Below, piece after piece: positions 27,527 through 38,199 of a DNA stretch of 64,000 nucleotides. Every line of letters begins with the position of its first letter. Position 1 is the first letter of the stretch. The stretch lies in the NCBI GenBank assembly GCA_951406725.2, contig OX597818.1, positions 48,794,001 to 48,858,000 on the forward strand, read 5' to 3'. The notes under the pieces are model-generated. The model was not told the origin of the DNA, searched no databases, and was given only the letters and a program-made list of their open reading frames with translations. A program made the translations under genes and the position numbers. The DNA is from Octopus vulgaris. Its lineage: Eukaryota.

Positions 27527-27936
27527 TTTCTTATTTCTTTATTGCCCACAAGGAGCTAAACATAGAAGGGGCAAACAAGGACAGACAGAGGGATTAAGTC
27601 AATTATATCAACCTCAGAGCACAACTGGTACTTAATTTATCGGACCCGAATGGATGAAAGGCAAAGTTGACCTCGGCGGAATTTGAACTCAGAACATACT
27701 GGCAGACAAAATACCTATTTCTTTACTACCCACAAGAGGCTAAACACAGAGAGGACAGACAAAGGGATTAAGTCAATTATATTGACTCCAGTGTGTAACG
27801 GGTACTTATTTAATCGACCCCGAAAGGATGAAAGGCAAAGTGGACCTCGGCGGAATTGAACTCAGAACGTAGCGGCAGATGAAATACCTCTAAGCATTTT
27901 GCCCGACATGCTAATGATTCTGCTAGCTCGCCACCT
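27527..27936 (-). mobile_element. SINE family C, internally duplicated
   Basis: Two tandem bodies with one head. Confidence 0.75.
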
Positions 27937-29246
27937 TATTCATTTTAAAGATTTCTATTACATGCACTTCAAGTTGTAAATCAGACTATCTGATTCAATC
28001 TAAAATAGATAATCTATTTTACCTTGACCTAATTGAATGATCAGCTATGTTGATAAATATTTGTTAATACATATCATTTTACATGTTGGTGCACATCTTT
28101 GAAGGGATTACTTGAACAAATCAATCCTAGTTCTTTTTTTTTTTATGTCTGATACATACTCTATTGGTCTTTCTTTTTTTTTTTGCCAAATCGTCTAGCT
28201 ACTGGGACATCAACAAACCAACACTGGTTGTTATGTGATGGGGGTACAAACACACATGCGCGCGCACACACACACACAATGAGCTTTCACACAATTCCAT
28301 CAATCAAATTCACTCACAAGACATTAGTTGGTCTGGGGCTTATAATGCAAGACATTGGCCCAAGGTGCCACGCAGTGAGACTGAACCTGAAACCACATGA
28401 TTACAAAGTGAGCTTCTTAATAACATACACATTTAAGTTTGCTTTCCATGTGAGTCCTCATGCTCCTAGTAAATTGTTATTTAGAGTAACTGCCCTCTTA
28501 GGCAATTAGAAGACCCCGTCTCGTTCATTTGTTCCTTTTTGGCATGGTTTCTACAGTTGGATGTCCTTCCTAACACCAATCACTTTAGAGAGCATATTGG
28601 GTGCATTTTATTGTGGCACCAGCACCAGAGAGGTTGTCTTGTCTCCTTTCTCCTCTGCATAACCTTCGAAGCAAAGGTGACCACTAGTGTGAATAGAAGG
28701 TGAGTTGTAACCTAAATTGAGAAAGAGGAGAGGGTATTAGTATGAATGTAATGGAGTAGCAGGAGAGAGGGTGAAGGAAGAGAGCTATATATAATGATTG
28801 TTGGTAGCTAGTTGCTGGTTAAATAGAAAAACCTACAATCAGCTTGATGAGGGATAGCTATAAAATTGTGTCAGAATGAGTGAAGGACAGCATCAAATAT
28901 GTTGCTGAAGATGTCACCTAAGAGACCCATAGGGAGTGGAGAAAGATGAATGCCATATCTGGTTACATGGACATCATGAAAGGAGTGGAGTGATGATTGG
29001 ATGGTGAGTGATAGTTCAGGGATAAAGTACAAGTAGATGAGATGGCCTCCTTTGCAGAGAAGCTTATGTTTTGTCAGGCAGGAAATAAGTTAACTAATGT
29101 TCTGCTTTTAGTTGCTCTTTTAGCCCCAGTTCAGCTCGTATTGGGCAGGTTTATGATCAACCATTTCATCTTATTTTCTAATAAATGTTTACTGAAATAT
29201 ATTCAATGTCACCTTCCATTTTGGAGTTGGTGCAGGCTCTAATAAT

Positions 29247-29618
29247 CTTTTACTTGTTTCAGTCATTTGACTGTGGCCATGCTGGAGCACTGCCTTTAGT
29301 TGAGCAAATAGACCCCAGGACTCATTCTTTATAAGCCTAGTACTTATTCTATTGGTCTCTTTTGCCGAACTGCTAAGTTATGGGGACGTAAACACACCAG
29401 TATCAGTTGTCAAGCGATGTTGGGGGGACAAACACAGACACACAAACATATATACAACGGGCTTCTTTCAGTTTCTGTCTACTAAATCCACTCACAAGGC
29501 TTTGGTTGGCCTGAGGCTATAGTAGAAGACACTTGCCTAAGGTGCCACGCAGTGGGACTGAACATGGAAACATGTGATTGGTAAGCAAGCTACTTACCAC
29601 ACAGCCACTCCTGCACCC
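29247..29618 (-). mobile_element. SINE family B
   Basis: Full-length match. Confidence 0.8.
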
Positions 29619-29838
29619 TACTGCTATTTCTAGCAGGGTGAGTAAACACATAGGATCATGCATTGGCTCGTTCTGTTTCATTTGTATAGTGCTGTTGTTA
29701 TAGGTAGAACATTCTTGGTACTAATAAATAAAATTAGTAGCAGAGTGTAAGCCCCTTTCTGTTTGCTCCAATCTCTCCTGATCAACTAATTTGAAAATTA
29801 TTGAACTGCTGATTAGTAACTAATTTCTTTCTATTTAG

Positions 29839-29976
29839 GGCTTTGGTAATGTCGGTCTCCACACAATGAGATATCTACACAGAGCTGGTGCAAAATGTAT
29901 TGGAATCATGGAAATTGATGGTGCTATCCATAATCCAAATGGAATTGATCCCCGAAAACTTGAAGATTATAAACTA
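29839..29976 (+). CDS. GLUD1: Glutamate dehydrogenase exon (NAD(P)-binding GxGxxG)
   Basis: ctatttag acceptor; [46 protein letters not shown]; |gtaagt. Confidence 0.96.
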
Positions 29977-30407
29977 GTAAGTTATTGACCTTCAGTCATT
30001 TTAATATACCTCTCGTTATAGATATTAATATTTTAGGAATTTATTGATATTGATTTTTGTATTAAATGTTGAAATGTCTGCCTATGTGTTGGTGTCCTAG
30101 TAGATAAGAAGATTTTTATCTTTAGTTTAGAAATAAAGATTCCTAGTTCAATTTCAGTATGGTATTATGTACACACAGTTCTATATTATGTACACACCCT
30201 GATGCTAATTGGAGTTCAAACTGATAGAAACATAGTTTAGATGTAAATGTTGAAACATTTTCCATCTCTTAAGAAAATTTTGTTATTTGTTGTAATTAAT
30301 ATCTAAAATTTAAGTACGGTCCTTTCTTTTTTTTTTTTTTTTTTCTTATTTAATATTTGAAGGGATTTTTCTTTGCTAATTCTGTTCTGTACTATTCATT
30401 ATTTCAG

Positions 30408-30548
30408 GAACATGGAACTATTGTTGGCTTCCCTGAAGCTGAACCATATGTTGGAGAAAGTATTTTATACGAACAGTGTGACATTCTCGTACCAGCTGCT
30501 GGTGAGAAACAATTAACCTTGGAAAATGCTCACAAAGTTAAAGCTAAA
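30408..30548 (+). CDS. GLUD1: Glutamate dehydrogenase exon
   Basis: atttcag acceptor; [47 protein letters not shown]; |gtgaat. Confidence 0.95.
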
Positions 30549-30936
30549 GTGAATATACTATTTCTTTTTCACTTAATATTTTATGTTCTTAATAAAAAGG
30601 AGATTGACCTCAGTGATTTCAAGATAGAAATATTGAATGCATATCTTGTGTTGAAATGAATCTTATTGTTTAGTGATTGATAGTGAATCAGCAGAAAATT
30701 TGGCTGACAGTTCAACTAGTCATGATAATGTGCAATAATGCCTCCTGTCTTCTTCTGTTAATTTTCCTCTTGTAGATTTCATTGATAATTATTAATAATC
30801 TCACTGATTGTATAATTAACTTAAGAGAGATAGGAGAATTATTAAACACATCATTTAAGTGATGTATTTTATTTATATTTTAAATATATTCTTGTGGTCT
30901 TAATTATTGTCAACCAAATCCTAAAAAAATGTCCCT

Positions 30937-31490
30937 ATCATCATCATCATCATCATCATTACTGTTTAATGTCCATTTTCCATGCTAGCATGGGTTAGAC
31001 GGTTCAACCAGTGTCTGGGAAGCCAGGAGGCTGCACCAGGCTACAGTCTGATCTGGCAGTGTTTCTACAGCTGGATGCCCTTCCTAACGCCAACCACTCC
31101 GTGAGTGTAGTGGGTACTTTTTACGTGCCACTGGCACAGGGGCCACAGGAGGCTGGCAAATGGCCACGTTCAGTTGGTGCTTTTTGTGTCACCAGCATGG
31201 ACGCCAGTCAAGGCGGCGCTGGCATTAGCCATGTTTGAATGGTGCTTTTTATGTGCCACCGGCACGGGTACCACAACTACAATTTCCATTTGATTTTTAT
31301 TTTGATGTTGATGTACTTGACTTGATAGGTCCCCACAAGCACAGCAGGCCATCCTGCGAGCCATGAACTCACTTCATTTGTCGGGTCTTCACAGTCACAG
31401 CATATCTCAGACGTCTTGGTCTTTCATCATTGCCTCTGTGAGGCCCAACGTGCCACCGGCACGGGTATCGCAACTACAATATCCATTTGA
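30937..31490 (-). mobile_element. SINE family A (long copy)
   Basis: (cat)n tail plus extended body. Confidence 0.8.
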
Positions 31491-31953
31491 TTTTTATTAG
31501 ACATGACCTAGTCACTGCTGAGAGTGAATAATTTAGGGTTTTGATACTTAATACTTGTTTTCAAAAATTATTTTTAAAAATTATCTTACATTTATCAGCC
31601 TTAAAGTTTATCACTTAACTGCTTCTGATTATCAACTTGCTTTAATATATGTAATATATTCGTATCCAGTGTAATGATTGGGAATGTGAAATTCAAGTAA
31701 CTGGATGTGAAGTGCCAGATGCATTAACGACACATGCACACAGAAACATATTTATAGCCTTTCTTTTATTGAAACTGAAAATTTGTCGCACAATCTTCAG
31801 GTGAGAAGATCACAGTGCTGTGAGGCTTAAGTCACGAGACAAACATTTAGTGTCAATAAAAAAATACCCATATCCTGTACATGTATTGAGCACACATCTC
31901 TCATTCAACCGACATAAGCCAACACACACCCCCACACACCACACACACACATA

Positions 31954-32246
31954 TATATATATTATTATTATATGTAGAAAAATACAAACTGGGACAAGAA
32001 CGTAAATCATTTAGAAGACGATACAAAAAACACGGACGGGACATTCGAAGCCTTCAATCTTCAGTCAAGAACCGGATCATCGTAGCAATTTCGGCTGATT
32101 AATCAGCCGAAATTGCTACGATGATCCGGTTCTTGACTGAAGATTGAAGGCTTCGAATGTCCCGTCCGTGTTTTTGTATCGTCTTCTAAATGATTTACGT
32201 TCTTGTCCCAGTTTGTATTTTTCTACATATAATAATAATATATATA
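31954..32246. repeat. Near-perfect spacerless palindrome (arms about 146 bp)
   Basis: Symmetry axis at 32100/32101 (ggctgatt|aatcagcc); only a 1-nt homopolymer difference seen. Confidence 0.92.
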
Positions 32247-32329
32247 GCGGCGTCCGTACCCTCGTTGGCACTTATGTAAGTACATATTCCTATATATATA
32301 TATCGTTAAACGACAACGATATATATATA

Positions 32330-32950
32330 TATAAAATAAGAAAATGGAGGAATACACTTTAATCAATAATCAACTACCAGATAGTACACATTCACATAAT
32401 TTATTAACCAACTACATAGGAACATCAAGATCAAACACAATAATACAGAACAAAACAGTGCACAGGGAATATAATTCCAAAACTTACAGGGAAAAATTCA
32501 ATTTAACAATTTTAAATCAAATTTCACAATATATAATATATGTATATACTTTAGAGAAAAACCTCTATTAAACAATTCAATAATGAAAGATGTTATTCAC
32601 ACCATATAGAAAACATATTTATAAAAACCTTATTCTTTAGTATAAGTTAAGATAAGTACATTTATCCTATTATTATTTTTTTTATTATTTATTATTTTAG
32701 ACCTGATGAGTGACTTTATTTTTAAATAGAATTTTTAGATCGATTTAATTTTAAATCAAATTGATTTTATCATTATTATCTATTTAAAAATATAGCCACG
32801 GAATGCACATAGTATTTTTACTACTATTTACTATTTATTGTACTTTATTGATTTTTCGAATAAGGTTTTTATAGTATATGTTTTCTATATGGTGTGAATA
32901 ACATCTTTCATTATTGAATTATTTAATAGAAGTTTTTCTCTAAATTATAT
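32330..32950. mobile_element. Inverted-repeat PLE-like element with internal long-stem hammerhead-like motif
   Basis: IRs about 32546-32635 / 32858-32950; CTGATGA at 32703 followed by a long hairpin closing at 32799. Confidence 0.6.
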
Positions 32951-33057
32951 ATATATAAAAGTGTGTAGTTCATCCTATCTTAAATTACGTTGCCATGTGA
33001 AGAAGTGCTTTGAAGAAACCACAAAATTTTTTTTCTATTTTCAATTTTTCTTTCTAG

Positions 33058-33138
33058 ATCATTGCTGAAGCTGCTAATGGACCTACTACACTTGGTGCTT
33101 ATGAACACTTTTTAGAAGCTAAGAAACTTGTTATTCCG
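33058..33138 (+). CDS. GLUD1: Glutamate dehydrogenase exon
   Basis: tttctag acceptor; IIAEAANGPTTLGAYEHFLEAKKLVIP (E-x-ANGP motif); |gtatct. Confidence 0.94.
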
Positions 33139-33420
33139 GTATCTAACTTTGAATCTTCTACATTTTAAATAACTGTATTATTTGTAACCTTGCATGGTAG
33201 GTGATTAATATAAAATGAGTTAGTAAGATGTAACAAAGATAGCACTCTGCTACTTGTGTTGTATTGTATTCTATTACACAAGACCCTAATCAAAGGCAGT
33301 CAGCTTCACAAATTGAATTAAAGGATCAATCATATTTATTCATTAGTCATTAATAAAGCTCTTTATACAAAAACTGTGGTGTGATCCAATCTAGATTAAG
33401 ATTTTGCAAGATTTTTTTAA

Positions 33421-33626
33421 CCCTTTCGTTACTGTATTTATTTTGAGATGCTCTGTGTTTCTTTCAGTTACTTTAAATATAACAAAAGAATTTAGTAAAA
33501 TAATTTAGTTATCATTAAGCTAGTGTTAGGAACCTAAATTGGGACTAAGGTTTGGTGGAAGATTTTAAACAAGACATTTGTATTACAGAGCCACAGCCGG
33601 TTTCAGCCGGGTTGGTAACGAAATGG
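33421..33626 (+). mobile_element. piggyBac-type MITE
   Basis: TTAA-ccctttcgttac ... gtaacgaaatgg-TTAA. Confidence 0.8.
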
Positions 33627-33825
33627 TTAATGAATTATCTTAAACCTTAATTGTTAATCAATAAATATGAGCCCAGCAAAGTTCTAATTAGGCTCAGTGA
33701 TATTTTAAATAATGACTCTTGGTCTACAGTTGTACCAAGGTGTCTTTCATTGTCTAACTTTTTCTTACAGAAAAAAAAATTCAAACAGAACAATAGTAAA
33801 AATACTTTTCTTCTTTATTTTACAG

Positions 33826-33949
33826 GATATGTATGTTAACGCTGGTGGTGTAACTGTTTCTTATTTTGAGTGGTTGAAAAACCTTAACCATGTAAGCTAT
33901 GGCAGATTGACATTTAAGTATGAAAAAGATTCAAATTATCATCTTCTTG
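33826..33949 (+). CDS. GLUD1: Glutamate dehydrogenase exon
   Basis: tttacag acceptor; [41 protein letters not shown]; G|gtaaga. Confidence 0.96.
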
Positions 33950-34043
33950 GTAAGAATAATTTTACAGTTCTATATTTAAAAGATGAGGAATTATGTACAT
34001 TATTTACATTCGGCAGATATTTGTCCTCATCTTGTTTGTTGTT

Positions 34044-34089
34044 AACACAATGTTTCGGCTGATATACCCTCCAGCCTTCATCAGGTGTC
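34044..34089 (-). ncRNA. Minimal hammerhead ribozyme motif
   Basis: Minus strand gacac CTGATGA a ggctg gagggtatat cagcc GAAA cat t gtgtt. Confidence 0.7.
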
Positions 34090-34352
34090 TTGGGGAAATT
34101 TCGAACCTGGATTCTCATCCTAAGGTATTGTCATTATTATTATTCAGGTCACTGCCTGGAATTGAACTTGGAATCTTTGTTGTTAGCAGCCCGCTCTCTC
34201 AACCACTATGCCATATGCCTGTGGCGAAGTGGTTAAGAGTACGGGCTATTAACCCCAAGATTCCGAGTTTGATTCCAGGCTGTGACCTGAATAATAATAA
34301 TAATATCGAAAAATACCTTAGGAATGAGAACCCAGATTTGAAATTTCCCTAA

Positions 34353-34398
34353 GACACCTGATGAAGGCTGGATGGTATATCAGCTGAAATATTGTGTT
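34353..34398 (+). ncRNA. Minimal hammerhead ribozyme motif
   Basis: gacac CTGATGA a ggctg gatggtatat cagct GAAA tat t gtgtt; stem III ATAT is palindromic. Confidence 0.7.
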
Positions 34399-34723
34399 AA
34401 CAACAAACAAGATGAGGACAAATATCCGTCAAATGTAAATAATGAAGAATGATTTTGTTAAGTTTTATATGACATAAACTTTTTGTAACTGTTTTAGTTT
34501 CACACACACACGTGTCATTTATCATTAACTTGTTTCAGTCATTGGACTACAGCCATGCTGAGGCACTGCCTTGAGGAGTTTTAGTCAAACAAATGAACTG
34601 CAGTACTTATTCTATTCACCTTTTCTGCTGAATGTCTAAGTGGCAGGGACATAAACAACCCATCATCGGTTGTCAAGTGATTAGATGGATCGTGATAAGA
34701 ACAGGCATAAAGATATTCACACA

Positions 34724-34754
<31 letters not shown>

Positions 34755-35099
34755 GATGGGCTTCCATATAGTTTCTCTCTACTAAAATCACTTACAAAAG
34801 GCATATGTCAGCTGAAGGCTTTATTAGAAGACACTTGCTCAAGGTGCCTTACAATGGGACTAAATCCATAACCATGTGGCTCTTAACCACACAGCCAAAT
34901 ATATATATAATCTTTTGTTTGTATTTGCATCCATTTTTCCATGCTAGCCCAGATTAAACAACTATATTATTGAGGCTTTGTTTTATAGCTAGATGCCCTC
35001 CTTGTCACTAATCCTTACCTGTTTTTCAAATGAGGGATATCACATTTCAGATGTTGAAAAGGGAAATCACTGAAACATCACCTTGTAACTGAACAATTT

Positions 35100-35466
35100 T
35101 TGGCAAAAAAATCAAATGGAAATTGTAGTTGTGGTACCTGTGCCAGTGGCATGTAAAATGTACCATCCGAACGTCGCCGATGCCAGCGCCACCTCGACTG
35201 GCTTCCGTGCCGGTGGCACATAAAAAGCACCAACCAGTCGTGGCCGTTGCCAGCCTCGCCTGGAACCTGTGCCGGTGGCACGTAAAAAGCACCCACTACA
35301 CTTACAGAGTGGTTGGTGTTAGGAATGCATCCAGCTATAGAAACACTGCCAGATCAGACTGGAGCCTGGTGCAGCTTCCTGGCTTCCCAGACCCCGGTCG
35401 AACCATCCAACCCATGCTAGCATGGAAAACGGACGTTAATGATGATGATGATGATGATGATGGTGA
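35100..35466 (+). mobile_element. SINE family A
   Basis: Consensus body and (gat)n tail. Confidence 0.8.
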
Positions 35467-35925
35467 TGCAAATGTAAAGAAGCACACGGTCACATGCATG
35501 GGCAAGAACACATGCACACACTTATATATGATGGGCTTCTTCCAGTTTGTAGCTTTCGGCTGGTCCAAGGCTGCTATAAAAGACACTTGACCAAGATGCT
35601 GTGCAGCAGGACGAAACCTAAACCCACATGGCTGAGAATTGAAATCCATAACCATGTTGCACTTCTGTTGATACTATAGTAATACTCCTTTCTACTATAG
35701 GCACAAGGCCTGAAATCTGGAGGAGGTGGGGATAGTTGATTACATCGACCCCAGTACTCAGCTGGTACTTATTTTATCAACCCCCGAAAGGATGATAGGC
35801 AAAGTCGACCTTGGCAGAATTTGAACTCAGAACATAAGTACAGATGAAATACCACTAAGCATCTTGCGGGGTGTGCTAACAATTCTGTCAGCTCGCTGCC
35901 TAAATAATAATAATAATAATAATAA

Positions 35926-36383
35926 ACTACCAATACACACAGATAGAGAAATTAAGGCCAATAGGCCAGATATAGTTGTCAGAGATCATGAAGGTAAAAA
36001 TGCTTTCTAATTGATGTATCAGTACCAGCAGACAACAATGTTTCTCTAAAAGAAATGGAGAAACTTTCAAAATACAAAGACCTGGAAATAGAGGTAACTC
36101 AAATGGAGAATCTAAAAACAAACAATTCCTATCATAGTAGGCGCATTAGGTATAAAAAATATTCAGACAAATACGTAACAAAAACACCAGGACTTACAAA
36201 TATATATATAACATACAGAAAATTGCACTACTGGGCACTGCACACATCCTACACAAAACACTTCCAATACAGTAACCATAAGAGCATCACAGCAAACCAC
36301 AGCACATATCCAAGGTGCATACCGCTGCACTCGGTAATGAAGTGAAAGCAGGCTATAAAAATAAAACTACTGAATAATAATAA
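35926..36383 (+). mobile_element. R4/Dong-like non-LTR retrotransposon 3' fragment (restriction-like endonuclease)
   Basis: PIHTDREIKANRPDIVVRD..CFLIDVSVPADNNVSLKEMEKLSKYKDL (frameshifted); flanked by (TAA)n on both sides. Confidence 0.75.
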
Positions 36384-36465
36384 TTCTTTCCCTTATAGCA
36401 GTGATTCTCAATCATTTTCTATCTATGGACCCCTTGGAGTTTTTTCAGAAATGCACCTCTCCACT

Positions 36466-37135
36466 TAAATGAAATGCAATGAAGAAAAAGTTATGAAAAT
36501 GGAAAATATTTACAAAATAAATGATGTATGCAAAAAAAATTAGAAAGATTCATCCATTTTTAAATCATCATCATCATCATCGTCGTTTAACGGCCGATTT
36601 CCATGCTGGCATGGGTTGGACGGTGAGTCAGAAGGCTGGACCAGGCTCAATCTGATCTGGCACAAGGGCCAGTTAGGCAATACTGGCAACAGCCATGCTC
36701 AAATAGTGTTTTTTACATGCCACCTACACAGGAACCAGTCCAGCAGCACTGGCAACGACATCGCTCGAATGTTGTTTTTCACGTGCCACCGGCACAAGTG
36801 CCAGTAAAGCAACGCTGGTAATGATCATGCTTGAATGGTGCCTTTTACGTGCCACCAGCATGGGAGCCAGTAAGCAGCCTATACTAAAAAAACAGAAACA
36901 GGAAATGGTTGAGGTTATGGTTAGGGTTTCATTAATACCTGATTGGTAAAAGTAGATTACCACCCCTTGTATCATCTGACATGTTTGTTCATATTCCACA
37001 AGTTCCTATTTCGGTTTTATTTTTTAGTATAAAATATTTAAAAATGGATGCATATTTCTAATTTTTTGCATACATAATTTATTTTGCATATTTTTTCCAT
37101 TTTCATAACTTTTTTCTCCATTGCATTTGATTTAA
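36466..37135. mobile_element. MITE-like element with about 100-bp TIRs, interrupted by SINE A (36565-36875)
   Basis: aaatgcaatgaagaaaaagttatgaaaatggaaaa..catccatttttaaat vs atttaaaaatggatg..ttttccattttcataacttttttctccattgcattt. Confidence 0.65.
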
Positions 37136-37569
37136 TTTACTCTTTACTCTATTTTACTTGCTTCAGTAAATAAATGTTGTTGACACACTAAAGCAGAAAT
37201 TGAATTCATCTTAATAGATGTCATTGATTGGTTGAAATTGCTGAAATGCAAGAAATTAAAGAACAAATAGCTTATAAACTACAGAATTTTCTCAAGAAAG
37301 CCAAGAGAAAAAGATGTTTTATAAACACATTCTACCAGTATACAAAGTTTAAGTGTTTAGTTAAAAAGAAATTATTTTAAAAATCTGCCAGTCAAAGCGA
37401 AAAGATCCATAATAATGATAGATGATAATATAATTTATTTCTTTGTTTATTCCAGTTAATTACATTTTGTATGACTTGTTTAGAAAAAGAAAAAAAATTG
37501 TAATACATTTTTACACTCTATTGTTAAAATTTCTTTGTTACTTTATCCATTTTTTCTAATCTTTTATAG

Positions 37570-37661
37570 AGAGTGTCCAGAATTCATTGGAATCGAAATT
37601 TGGTAAAAATGGAGGCAAAATTCCTATTATGCCATCTAGTGCTTTTGAAGCTAGGATTCAT
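37570..37661 (+). CDS. GLUD1: Glutamate dehydrogenase exon (antenna region)
   Basis: ttttatag acceptor; ESVQNSLESKFGKNGGKIPIMPSSAFEARIH aligns with the animal GDH antenna; |gtatgt. Confidence 0.94.
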
Positions 37662-38199
37662 GTATGTATCTTTTAAATTGTTTTATCTTTTACCTGTTTC
37701 AGGTGTGTAGATGGGATGGTCAGTGGAAGGGTATTCAACAGGCAGTCTGAAGGGTGTGTGTGTGGGTCAGGGGTTGTGTGGAGGTATATGTGTTCCTGTG
37801 TGTGGGGGTATATGTGCGTTCCTCTGTGTGTGTGTGTGTGTGTGTGTGGGAGGTATGTGCATTCATGTCTGCGTGTGTGTATATAAAAATAAAATAAGGT
37901 GAGAAAAAATACAAGATGAAAAAATAAAATTAATAAATAAAAAATAACAGATACAAGATAAAAAATAAACATTAAAAGGATAAATTAGAAATTAATACAA
38001 TTATTAAAAAGAAAGGTAAAAGGAGATAAGGAATAAAATAAAAGGATCAAAATAAACAATTACAATGCTAAAAAAAAACGATAAAAAATCGATTAAAAAA
38101 ATAAGTAAAAAAGTGAGTGAATATTAGATAGCATAAAAAATTATTTTTTAAGGAGGGCGTAGAGACAGTGATTGAGAGGAGGGGTTTGAGTTGAGTTCG

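Larger units (their letters stand above)
33964..34444. mobile_element. Palindromic tRNA-headed, hammerhead-bearing element (copy 2)
   Basis: Arms about 33997-34213 / 34222-34444; 12-bp TSD aagaataatttt (33952-63) / aagaatgatttt (34445-56). Confidence 0.85.
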
